A stretch of DNA of 64,000 nucleotides, from the NCBI GenBank assembly GCA_053919585.1, contig CM132785.1, one strand, 5' to 3'. Positions 1 to 12,300 of the stretch are shown in pieces. The notes beneath the pieces are model-generated. The model was given only the letters and a program-made list of their open reading frames with translations. It made no database searches and was not told the origin of the DNA. The position numbers and the translations under genes were made by a program. This DNA comes from Euprymna scolopes (Eukaryota). How positions within the stretch are numbered: the first letter of the stretch is position 1; each line of letters starts with the position of its first letter.

Positions 1-153
1 CCGTAAACTGTCAATATCTTTTTTTCCTAAGAATTAAAAACAATTGTTATAAAAATTCATTTTTCTTTTATCAATTAATTGAAGAACGAAATTTCACAAG
101 AAATAATCTAAACATAAGGTTAATATTAATAAACGTGATATCATAATTCTAAC

Positions 154-333
154 CTCCACGGCCGCCTCCCATTTTTTCTAGCGTATCTCTTGCTCTGCGA
201 AGATCGGAACTGACTTCTGGCAGACATGCTCTTTCACCTTCCTCTATCAAACTTTTCAGGGCACTCATATCTTTAGAAGCAATCGCTTTCTTCAATCTAG
301 TGCGCAGACCCTCCGGGCTGACCAATACAGTTT
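154..333 (-). CDS. Exon, class A module (ETVLVSPEGLRTRLKKAIASKD...EKMGGGRG), 180 nt
   Basis: Acceptor tttcatcAG at 335-334; donor GTTAG at 153-149. Confidence 0.9.
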
Positions 334-3300
334 CTGATGAAATGAAAGATAGATTCAATTTTAAAAGATTATTTTCTATGTATGCAATGTCGCATGAAGA
401 CAGATATGCACATATATATGATATGTATTTGTGTATCGCAGCATCACAGTTAAACAGTTGATCAGAGAGATAAACAAATTACGGATTTCAATCGACACAT
501 TTGGTCTAATGATTTATAGATGTCAAAAGTTCTAGAATTTTTCTAAAACAGATTATTCAAAATTAAAAGTATGTAACAATAAACTTAGAAACAAATATTC
601 CGACATTTTAGTATTGCTTTTTATAAAGAACTAAGTCTCATGTTGAATCATCCTACATATTTGATGCATAGTTCATTTTTAAGAAAAACCGTATAGAGAG
701 TTCCAAAATTAACCACCTATTTTGATATTAATTTTTATTTCAAAATAGATGGTTAATTTTTGGACAAACTGTATATTAACTTAATTATAACTAATTAACC
801 ATCAAAATAGATGGTTAATTTTTGGATAAACTGTATATTCGTTTTTTTTATTATAAAAATGAATAAGATCACTACTACATTTTTACTTTAATAAGAATTT
901 TTATTTTATATTCATGTTAAATTATTTTTATTTATTTTAAACAATCAAATTTTTTAATATCTGTGTAGAGACATAAAACAATCCCTAACCAAACTCACTC
1001 GAATAGGTAAAAATGAAAAAATATTTTTTTATTTTGCTTCTTGGTAAAGCATTCGCCTTCAGTTGCCATATATTATGATATTTTGAGTTCAAATCTAACA
1101 TTAGCAACTTGCTTTTTTTTCTAAGTTTTATTTGCTATGGCATCATTTTCTTGAATAAATATTTAATTAATATCCTTAATTTTTTATCTTGGCCATAAAA
1201 TTCAGGAAAATTTAAGCAATTCCACATGAACGGAGTTTTCAGTAAATATTTTATGATTAGCTTTTAATAAATCATTTTACGTTATATATTTGTTAACTGA
1301 GCATACATATTCTACAAAAATGAGAGATACATAATAACTGTGCCCACCTCTTTTTGGGGTTTCTTTCATGTCATATAATCTTTTTCTGGCACGTTGAATG
1401 GTTGAATCAAGTTCAGGCATACCTGCAGACACACACTGAATCATAACTGCCTCAAGTGTGTCTCTGTCTCCCTCTCTAATTGCTGACCTTAACTGATCAC
1501 GCAGTGTATCAGCTGATAATTGGCCTGAAGGTAAACGGTCAATGAGATCAATAACACAGAAGAAGATTGACAAAAATGATAGAAAATACACTACGTGCGT
1601 TAAGAGAAAATTGCAACCAATTTACAACAACTGACCTCCACGACCACCTCCCAAATTCTCTAGAACGTCCCTGGCTTTGCGAAGATCAGTCGATAGTTCT
1701 GGATATCTGGCAGATTCTGTTTCCAAAATTGCTTTCTCCAAGGCATTAATGTCTTTATCGTTGATAGCCAATGCCAATTGATCACGAAGTGTGTCTGGTA
1801 ATTTCACATCTGCCCAGAAAAAAGATTCCAAGCCATCAACAGAATTCAATTGCGAAGCTAACTACCAACATTACATTACAAAGAGAGTCGTATTAGAAAA
1901 CAATCAAATTCCATCGATCAACAAAAGAATGCAAATCTAACCTCCAGTGCCACCGCGTAGAATATCTGCTACACTTCTGGCCTTCTGGATATCAGCTGCC
2001 AGCTCTGGCATTCCAGCTGAAACACATTCGTTGATCGCTTTGTCCAACATGACTTTATCTTTCCTTTTCATTGCTTCATTTAATTTATTGTGGAGAAAAT
2101 CTGCCCTTTTAGTACCTGGTAAACCAATGAAAAATTATCGGTTAGAGTCTCAAAATATTACAAGATTTATTCAAGAAGTAATTTCACTGAATTTAAAAGT
2201 GAGAATATAACATGCGATTCTAACCTCCACGTCCACCACCAAGACTTTCCAAGGTGTCTCTTGCTTCAAGAAGATCTGAACTCACTTCTGGCAGGAAAGC
2301 CAGTTCTGCTTCTTTTATTACATTCTGAAGATCTTGTTCATCTTTTGATGCAATTGATTTCCTTATTTTTTCTCGTAAGGTGTCAGGGTTGACTAATATA
2401 GTTTCTAAAATAATTAAAACAACGTTAAAACAAATGGTGAATGTTTTAATATTGAAGACATGTCGATTTTCTATAAACAATTAGTTATTCACTTGTTTAA
2501 CACTGGCATTTAAGTTTCTGTGGCATAGTATCAAAAAGGAGCTTCGATCTTGCTTGTTTGAATTACATCATGTAAAACTTCTTTGGTTAATTTCAATATA
2601 TATCTGTTTCTAATAATAGAATGTTTTAGTTGTAATTCAGAGAGAAAATGTTTTTAAAAATGCTTAATAAAAATTAAACATGACAGAAGCACTACAAATA
2701 CTAAGCATGATAAGGCATTCTGAATAATTCTACCAGAGGCAGGGTTAGTATAATGCGAAACCTAACTAAAAGGGTTAATATAACCGCAACACAACGGTGG
2801 TAAAATCCAACAACTGTCTTTCACATAATTTTGCACTTTAAATCAAATAATATGAAATAGATTTAACATTGAGGAGCTATTAATAAACAGGAAATTTCTT
2901 TTAGAGTAATAATAGGAAACATTAGATAGACAAGAGTAAATGAATGTGCAAATTCAAACCTCGCTTTGGTGCATCATCCATTGCCTGTAACTTTCGCTTG
3001 GCTCGCTGTATAGAAACATCAAGTTCAGGCATACCTGCTGCTATGCATACTGTCAAAATTGCTTCCAAGTTTGCTCTATCTCCCTCTCTGATCGCCGATT
3101 TTAATTGATCACGCAATGTTACAGCTGATAATTTACCTAATGTACAAAAGTGAACAACACAAATGACATGAAAAGACCCTGCCTGATGAGAAATACGTCA
3201 AATACACAATGTGCGGTAAGAGAAAATTGCAACCAATTTATAACAACTGACCTCCACGACCACCTCCCAAATTCTCTAGAGCGTCCCTGGCTTTGCGAAG

Positions 3301-6300
3301 ATCAGTCGATAGTTCTGGATATCTGGCAGATTCTGTTTCCAAAATTGCTTTCTCCAGAGCCTTAATGTTCTTTTGCCTGATAGCCAATGTCAATTGATCA
3401 CGAAGTGTGTCTGGTAATTTCACATCTGCCCAGAAAAAAAAATTCATGCCATCAACAGAATAAATCGCGAAGCTAACTACCAATATTACATTACAAAGAG
3501 AGTCATATTAGAAAATAATCAAATTCCACCGACCAACAAAAGAATGCAAATCTAACCTCCAGTGCTACTGCGTAGAATATCTGCTACACTTCTGGCCTTC
3601 TGGATATCAGCTGCCAGCTCTGGCATTCCGGCTGAAACACATTCGCTGATCACTTTGTCCAACACGGTTCTGTCTTTTGCTTTCATCGCCTCGTCCAATT
3701 TTGCACGCAGACTGTCAACACTCTTAGTTCCTGACAAAGCACAATTACCAAGCATAAGTCAACAATAAATACGCCCCCACTATTCTTGAACAATACATAG
3801 AAATAACACATACTATATCGAATGCAAAGTATTTAGAAGGAAATCTAACCTCCGCGGCCACCACCCAGACTTTCCAGAGTGTCTCTGGCTTTAACTAGCT
3901 CTGAGCTCAATTCTGGAAGAGCTGCTTCTTCGGCCTCTTCTATCACGCTTTGCAAAGCGCTTATGTCTTTCGATGCGATTGCTTTCTTCAGTTTATCGCG
4001 AACACTGGTCGGGCTGGCCCATTCCGATTCTGCTAAAATTAACAAGAAACCTCCATTGAAACCAGCTAGAGAATGAGCCAGAAAACGAGGCAATAATAAA
4101 TCAGAATCATTATTATTTCCATAAAGCAATCACCTAAGAAAGAAATTTGGCAAAATTCAAACTTTATCACCTAACACTGGTTAAGATAACTGGATGAATT
4201 TCTAGCGATTAATGTTTGTAAATAATGTTAAATCCCGAGTGTGCCCACCTCGTTTTGGAGCCTCTTCCAAGTCTTGTAAAGTATGCCTGGCACGCTGTAT
4301 GGCAGAGTCGAGTTCAGGCATACCAGCGGACACACATTCAAGTAAAACAGCCTCCAGACTTTCTCTGTCTCCCTCTCTGATCGCTGTCCTTAACTGATCG
4401 TCCAATATGTCAGCTGATAATTTACCTAATGTACAAAAGTGAACAACACAAATAACATGAAAAGACCCTGCCTGATGAGAAATACGTCAAATACACAACG
4501 TGCGTTAAGAGAAAATTGCAACCAATTTACAACAACTGACCTCCACGACCACCTCCCAAATTCTCTAGAACGTCCCTGGCTTTGCGAAGATCAGTCGATA
4601 GTTCTGGATATCTGGCAGATTCTGTTTCCAAAATTGCTTTCTCCAAGGCATTAATGTCTTTATCGTTGATAGCCAATGTCAATTGATCACGAAGTGTGTC
4701 TGGTAATTTCACATCTGCCCAGAAAAAAAAATTCATGCCATCAACAGAATTCAATCGCGAAGCTAACTACCAACATTACATTACAAAGAGAGTCGTATTA
4801 GAAAATAATCAAATTCCAACAAAACAATGCAAATCTAACCTCCAGTGCCACCGCGTAGAATATCTGCTACACTTCTGGCCTTCTGGATATCAGCTGCCAG
4901 CTCTGGCATTCCGGCTGAAACACATTCGCTGATCACTTTGTCCAACACGGTTCTGTCTTTTGCTTTCATCGCCTCGTCCAATTTTGCACGCAGACTGTCA
5001 ACACTCTTAGTTCCTGACAAAGCACAATTACCAAGCATAAGTCAACAATAAATACGCCCCCACTATTCTTGAACAATACATAGAAATAACACATACTATA
5101 TCGAATGCAAAGTATTTAGAAGGAAATCTAACCTCCGCGGCCGCCACCCAGACTTTCCAGAGTGTCTCTGGCTTTAACTAGCTCTGAGCTCAATTCTGGA
5201 AGAGCTGCTTCTTCGGCCTCTTCTATCACGCTTTGCAAAGCGCTTATGTCTTTCGATGCGATTGCTTTCTTCAGTTTATCGCGAACACTGGTCGGGCTGG
5301 CCCATTCCGATTCCGCTAAAATTAACAAGAAACCTCCATTGAAACCAGCTAGAGAATGAGCCAGAAAACGAGGCAATAATAAATCAGAATCATTATTATT
5401 TCCATAAAGCAATCACCTAAGAAAGAAATTTGGCAAAATTCAAACTTTATCACCTAACACTGGTTAAGATAACTGGATGAATTTCTAGCGATTAATGTTT
5501 GTAAATAATGTTAAATCCCGAGTGTGCCCACCTCGTTTTGGAGCCTCTTCCAAGTCTTGTAAAGTATGCCTGGCACGCTGTATGGCAGAGTCGAGTTCAG
5601 GCATACCAGCGGACACACATTCAAGTAAAACAGCCTCCAGACTTTCTCTGTCTCCCTCTCTGATCGCTGTCCTTAACTGATCGTCCAATATGTCAGCTGA
5701 TAATTTACCTAATGTACAAAAGTGAACAACACAAATAACATGAAAAGACCCTGCCTGATGAGAAATACGTCAAATACACAACGTGCATTAAGAGAAAATT
5801 GCAACCAATTTACAACAACTGACCTCCACGACCACCTCCCAAATTCTCTAGAACGTCCCTGGCTTTGCGAAGATCAGTCGATAGTTCTGGATATCTGGCA
5901 GATTCTGTTTCCAAAATTGCTTTCTCCAGAGCCTTAATGTCCTTTTGCCTGATAGCCAATGTCAATTGATCACGAAGTGTTTCTGGTAATTTCACATCTG
6001 CCCAGAAAAAAAAATTCATGCCATCAACAGAATTCAATCGCGAAGCTAACTACCAACATTACATTACAAAGAGAGTCATATTAGAAAATAATCAAATTCC
6101 AACAACAAACAAAACAATGCAAATCTAACCTCCAGTGCCACCGCGTAGAATATCTGCTACACTTCTGGCCTTCTGGATATCAGCTGCCAGCTCTGGCATT
6201 CCGGCTGAAACACATTCGCTGATCACTTTGTCCAACACGGTTCTGTCTTTTGCTTTCATCGCCTCGTCCAATTTTGCACGCAGACTGTCAACACTCTTAG

Positions 6301-9300
6301 TTCCTGACAAAGCACAATTACCAAGCATAAGTCAACAATAAATACGCCCCCACTATTCTTGAACAATACATAGAAATAACACATACTATATCGAATGCAA
6401 AATATTTAGAAGGAAATCTAACCTCCGCGGCCGCCACCCAGACTTTCCAGAGTGTCTCTGGCTTTAACTAGCTCTGAGCTCAATTCTGGAAGAGCTGCTT
6501 CTTCGGCCTCTTCTATCACGCTTTGCAAAGCGCTTATGTCTTTCGATGCGATTGCTTTCTTCAGTTTATCGCGAACACTGGTCGGGCTGGCCCATTCCGA
6601 TTCTGCTAAAATTAACAAGAAACCTCCATTGAAACCAGCTAGAGAATGAGCCAGAAAACGAGGCAATAATAAATCAGAATCATTATTATTTCCATAAAGC
6701 AATCACCTAAGAAAGAAATTTGGCAAAATTCAAACTTTATCACCTAACACTGGTTAAGATAACTGGATGAATTTCTAGCGATTAATGTTTGTAAATAATG
6801 TTAAATCCCGAGTGTGCCCACCTCGTTTTGGAGCCTCTTCCAAGTCTTGTAAAGTATGCCTGGCACGCTGTATGGCAGAGTCGAGTTCAGGCATACCAGC
6901 GGACACACATTCAAGTAAAACAGCCTCCAGACTTTCTCTGTCTCCCTCTCTGATCGCTGTCCTTAACTGATCGTCCAATATGTCAGCTGATAATTTACCT
7001 AATGTACAAAAGTGAACAACACAAATAACATGAAAAGACCCTGCCTGATGAGAAATACGTCAAATACACAACGCGCGTTAAGAGAAAATTGCAACCAATT
7101 TACAACAACTGACCTCCACGACCACCTCCCAAATTCTCTAGAACGTCCCTTGCTTTGCGAAGATCAGTCAATAGTTCTGGATATCTGGCAGATTCTGTTT
7201 CCAAAATTGCTTTCTCCAGAGCCTTAATGTCCTTTTGCCTGATAGCCAATGTCAATTGATCACGAAGTGTGTCTGGTAATTTCACATCTGCCCAGAAAAA
7301 AAAATTCATGCCATCAACAGAATTCAATCGCGAAGCTAACTACCAACATTACATTACAAAAAAAAATCGTATTAGAAAATAATCAAATTCCAACAAAACA
7401 ATGCAAATCTAACCTCCAGTGCCACCGCGTAGAATATCTGCTACACTTCTGGCCTTCTGGATATCAGCTGCCAGCTCTGGCATTCCGGCTGAAACACATT
7501 CGCTGATCACTTTGTCCAACACGGTTCTGTCTTTTGCTTTCATCGCCTCGTCCAATTTTGCACGCAGACTGTCAACACTCTTAGTTCCTGACAAAGCACA
7601 ATTACCAAGCATAAGTCAACAATAAATACGCCCCCACTATTCTTGAACAATACATAGAAATAACACATACTATATCGAATGCAAAGTATTTAGAAGGAAA
7701 TCTAACCTCCGCGGCCGCCACCCAGACTTTCCAGAGTGTCTCTGGCTTTAACTAGCTCTGAGTTCAATTCTGGAAGAGCTGCTTCTTCGGCCTCTTCTAT
7801 CACGCTTTGCAAAGCGCTTATGTCTTTCGATGCGATTGCTTTCTTCAGTTTATCGCGAACACTGGTCGGGCTGGCCCATTCCGATTCCGCTAAAATTAAC
7901 AAGAAACCTCCATTGAAACCAGCTAGAGAATGAGCCAGAAAACGAGGCAATAATAAATCAGAATCATTATTATTTCCATAAAGCAATCACCTAAGAAAGA
8001 AATTTGGCAAAATTCAAACTTTATCACCTAACACTGGTTAAGATAACTGGATGAATTTCTAGCGATTAATGTTTGTAAATAATGTTAAATCCCGAGTGTG
8101 CCCACCTCGTTTTGGAGCCTCTTCCAAGTCTTGTAAAGTATGCCTGGCACGCTGTATGGCAGAGTCGAGTTCAGGCATACCAGCGGACACACATTCAAGT
8201 AAAACAGCCTCCAGACTTTCTCTGTCTCCCTCTCTGATCGCTGTCCTTAACTGATCGTCCAATATGTCAGCTGATAATTTACCTAATGTACAAAAGTGAA
8301 CAACACAAATAACATGAAAAGACCCTGCCTGATGAGAAATACGTCAAATACACAACGTGCATTAAGAGAAAATTGCAACCAATTTACAACAACTGACCTC
8401 CACGACCACCTCCCAAATTCTCTAGAACGTCCCTGGCTTTGCGAAGATCAGTCGATAGTTCTGGATATCTGGCAGATTCTGTTTCCAAAATTGCTTTCTC
8501 CAGAGCCTTAATGTCCTTTTGCCTGATAGCCAATGTCAATTGATCACGAAGTGTTTCTGGTATTTTCACATCTGCCCAGAAAAAAAAATTCATGCCATCA
8601 ACAGAATTCAATCGCGAAGCTAACTACCAACATTACATTACAAAGAGAGTCATATTAGAAAATAATCAAATTCCAACAACAAACAAAACAATGCAAATCT
8701 AACCTCCAGTGCCACCGCGTAGAATATCTGCTACACTTCTGGCCTTCTGGATATCAGCTGCCAGCTCTGGCATTCCGGCTGAAACACATTCGCTGATCAC
8801 TTTGTCCAACACGGTTCTGTCTTTTGCTTTCATCGCCTCGTCCAATTTTGCACGCAGACTGTCAACACTCTTAGTTCCTGACAAAGCACAATTACCAAGC
8901 ATAAGTCAACAATAAATACGCCCCCACTATTCTTGAACAATACATAGAAATAACACATACTATATCGAATGCAAAGTATTTAGAAGGAAATCTAACCTCC
9001 GCGGCCGCCACCCAGACTTTCCAGAGTGTCTCTGGCTTTAACTAGCTCTGAGCTCAATTCTGGAAGAGCTGCTTCTTCGGCCTCTTCTATCACGCTTTGC
9101 AAAGCGCTTATGTCTTTCGATGCGATTGCTTTCTTCAGTTTATCGCGAACACTGGTCGGGCTGGCCCATTCCGATTCTGCTAAAATTAACAAGAAACCTC
9201 CATTGAAACCAGCTAGAGAATGAGCCAGAAAACGAGGCAATAATAAATCAGAATCATTATTATTTCCATAAAGCAATCACCTAAGAAAGAAATTTGGCAA

Positions 9301-12300
9301 AATTCAAACTTTATCACCTAACACTGGTTAAGATAACTGGATGAATTTCTAGCGATTAATGTTTGTAAATAATGTTAAATCCCGAGTGTGCCCACCTCGT
9401 TTTGGAGCCTCTTCCAAGTCTTGTAAAGTATGCCTGGCACGCTGTATGGCAGAGTCGAGTTCAGGCATACCAGCGGACACACATTCAAGTAAAACAGCCT
9501 CCAGACTTTCTCTGTCTCCCTCTCTGATCGCTGTCCTTAACTGATCGTCCAATATGTCAGCTGATAATTTACCTAATGTACAAAAGTGAACAACACAAAT
9601 AACATGAAAAGACCCTGCCTGATGAGAAATACGTCAAATACACAACGTGCGTTAAGAGAAAATTGCAACCAATTTACAACAACTGACCTCCACGACCACC
9701 TCCCAAATTCTCTAGAACGTCCCTGGCTTTGCGAAGATCAGTCGATAGTTCTGGATATCTGGCAGATTCTGTTTCCAAAATTGCTTTCTCCAGAGCCTTA
9801 ATGTCCTTTTGCCTGATAGCCAATGTCAATTGATCACGAAGTGTGTCTGGTAATTTCACATCTGCCCAGAAAAAAAAATTCATGCCATCAACAGAATTCA
9901 ATCGCGAAGCTAACTACCAACATTACATTACAAAGAGAGTCGTATTAGAAAATAATCAAATTCCAACAAAACAATGCAAATCTAACCTCCAGTGCCACCG
10001 CGTAGAATATCTGCTACACTTCTGGCCTTCTGGATATCAGCTGCCAGCTCTGGCATTCCGGCTGAAACACATTCGCTGATCACTTTGTCCAACACGGTTC
10101 TGTCTTTTGCTTTCATCGCCTCGTCCAATTTTGCACGCAGACTGTCAACACTCTTAGTTCCTGACAAAGCACAATTACCAAGCATAAGTCAACAATAAAT
10201 ACGCCCCCACTATTCTTGAACAATACATAGAAATAACACATACTATATCGAATGCAAAGTATTTAGAAGGAAATCTAACCTCCGCGGCCGCCACCCAGAC
10301 TTTCCAGAGTGTCTCTGGCTTTAACTAGCTCTGAGCTCAATTCTGGAAGAGCTGCTTCTTCGGCCTCTTCTATCACGCTTTGCAAAGCGCTTATGTCTTT
10401 CGATGCGATTGCTTTCTTCAGTTTATCGCGAACACTGGTCGGGCTGGCCCATTCCGATTCTGCTAAAATTAACAAGAAACCTCCATTGAAACCAGCTAGA
10501 GAATGAGCCAGAAAACGAGGCAATAATAAATCAGAATCATTATTATTTCCATAAAGCAATCACCTAAGAAAGAAATTTGGCAAAATTCAAACTTTATCAC
10601 CTAACACTGGTTAAGATAACTGGATGAATTTCTAGCGATTAATGTTTGTAAATAATGTTAAATCCCGAGTGTGCCCACCTCGTTTTGGAGCCTCTTCCAA
10701 GTCTTGTAAAGTATGCCTGGCACGCTGTATGGCAGAGTCGAGTTCAGGCATACCAGCGGACACACATTCAAGTAAAACAGCCTCCAGACTTTCTCTGTCT
10801 CCCTCTCTGATCGCTGTCCTTAACTGATCGTCCAATATGTCAGCTGATAATTTACCTAATGTACAAAAGTGAACAACACAAATAACATGAAAAGACCCTG
10901 CCTGATGAGAAATACGTCAAATACACAACGTGCGTTAAGAGAAAATTGCAACCAATTTACAACAACTGACCTCCACGACCACCTCCCAAATTCTCTAGAA
11001 CGTCCCTGGCTTTGCGAAGATCAGTCGATAGTTCTGGATATCTGGCAGATTCTGTTTCCAAAATTGCTTTCTCCAGAGCCTTAATGTCCTTTTGCCTGAT
11101 AGCCAATGTCAATTGATCACGAAGTGTGTCTGGTAATTTCACATCTGCCCAGAAAAAAAAATTCATGCCATCAACAGAATTCAATCGCGAAGCTAACTAC
11201 CAACATTACATTACAAAGAGAGTCGTATTAGAAAATAATCAAATTCCAACAAAACAATGCAAATCTAACCTCCAGTGCCACCGCGTAGAATATCTGCTAC
11301 ACTTCTGGCCTTCTGGATATCAGCTGCCAGCTCTGGCATTCCGGCTGAAACACATTCGCTGATCACTTTGTCCAACACGGTTCTGTCTTTTGCTTTCATC
11401 GCCTTGTCCAATTTTGCACGCAGACTGTCAACACTCTTAGTTCCTGACAAAGCACAATTACCAAGCATAAGTCAACAATAAATACGCCCCCACTATTCTT
11501 GAACAATACATAGAAATAACACATACTATATCGAATGCAAAGTATTTAGAAGGAAATCTAACCTCCGCGGCCGCCACCCAGACTTTCCAGAGTGTCTCTG
11601 GCTTTAACTAGCTCTGAGCTCAATTCTGGAAGAGCTGCTTCTTCGGCCTCTTCTATCACGCTTTGCAAAGCGCTTATGTCTTTCGATGCGATTGCTTTCT
11701 TCAGTTTATCGCGAACACTGGTCGGGCTGGCCCATTCCGATTCTGCTAAAATTAACAAGAAACCTCCATTGAAACCAGCTAGAGAATGAGCCAGAAAACG
11801 AGGCAATAATAAATCAGAATCATTATTATTTCCATAAAGCAATCACCTAAGAAAGAAATTTGGCAAAATTCAAACTTTATCACCTAACACTGGTTAAGAT
11901 AACTGGATGAATTTCTAGCGATTAATGTTTGTAAATAATGTTAAATCCCGAGTGTGCCCACCTCGTTTTGGAGCCTCTTCCAAGTCTTGTAAAGTATGCC
12001 TGGCACGCTGTATGGCAGAGTCGAGTTCAGGCATACCAGCGGACACACATTCAAGTAAAACAGCCTCCAGACTTTCTCTGTCTCCCTCTCTGATCGCTGT
12101 CCTTAACTGATCGTCCAATATGTCAGCTGATAATTTACCTAATGTACAAAAGTGAACAACACAAATAACATGAAAAGACCCTGCCTGATGAGAAATACGT
12201 CAAATACACAACGTGCGTTAAGAGAAAATTGCAACCAATTTACAACAACTGACCTCCACGACCACCTCCCAAATTCTCTAGAACGTCCCTGGCTTTGCGA

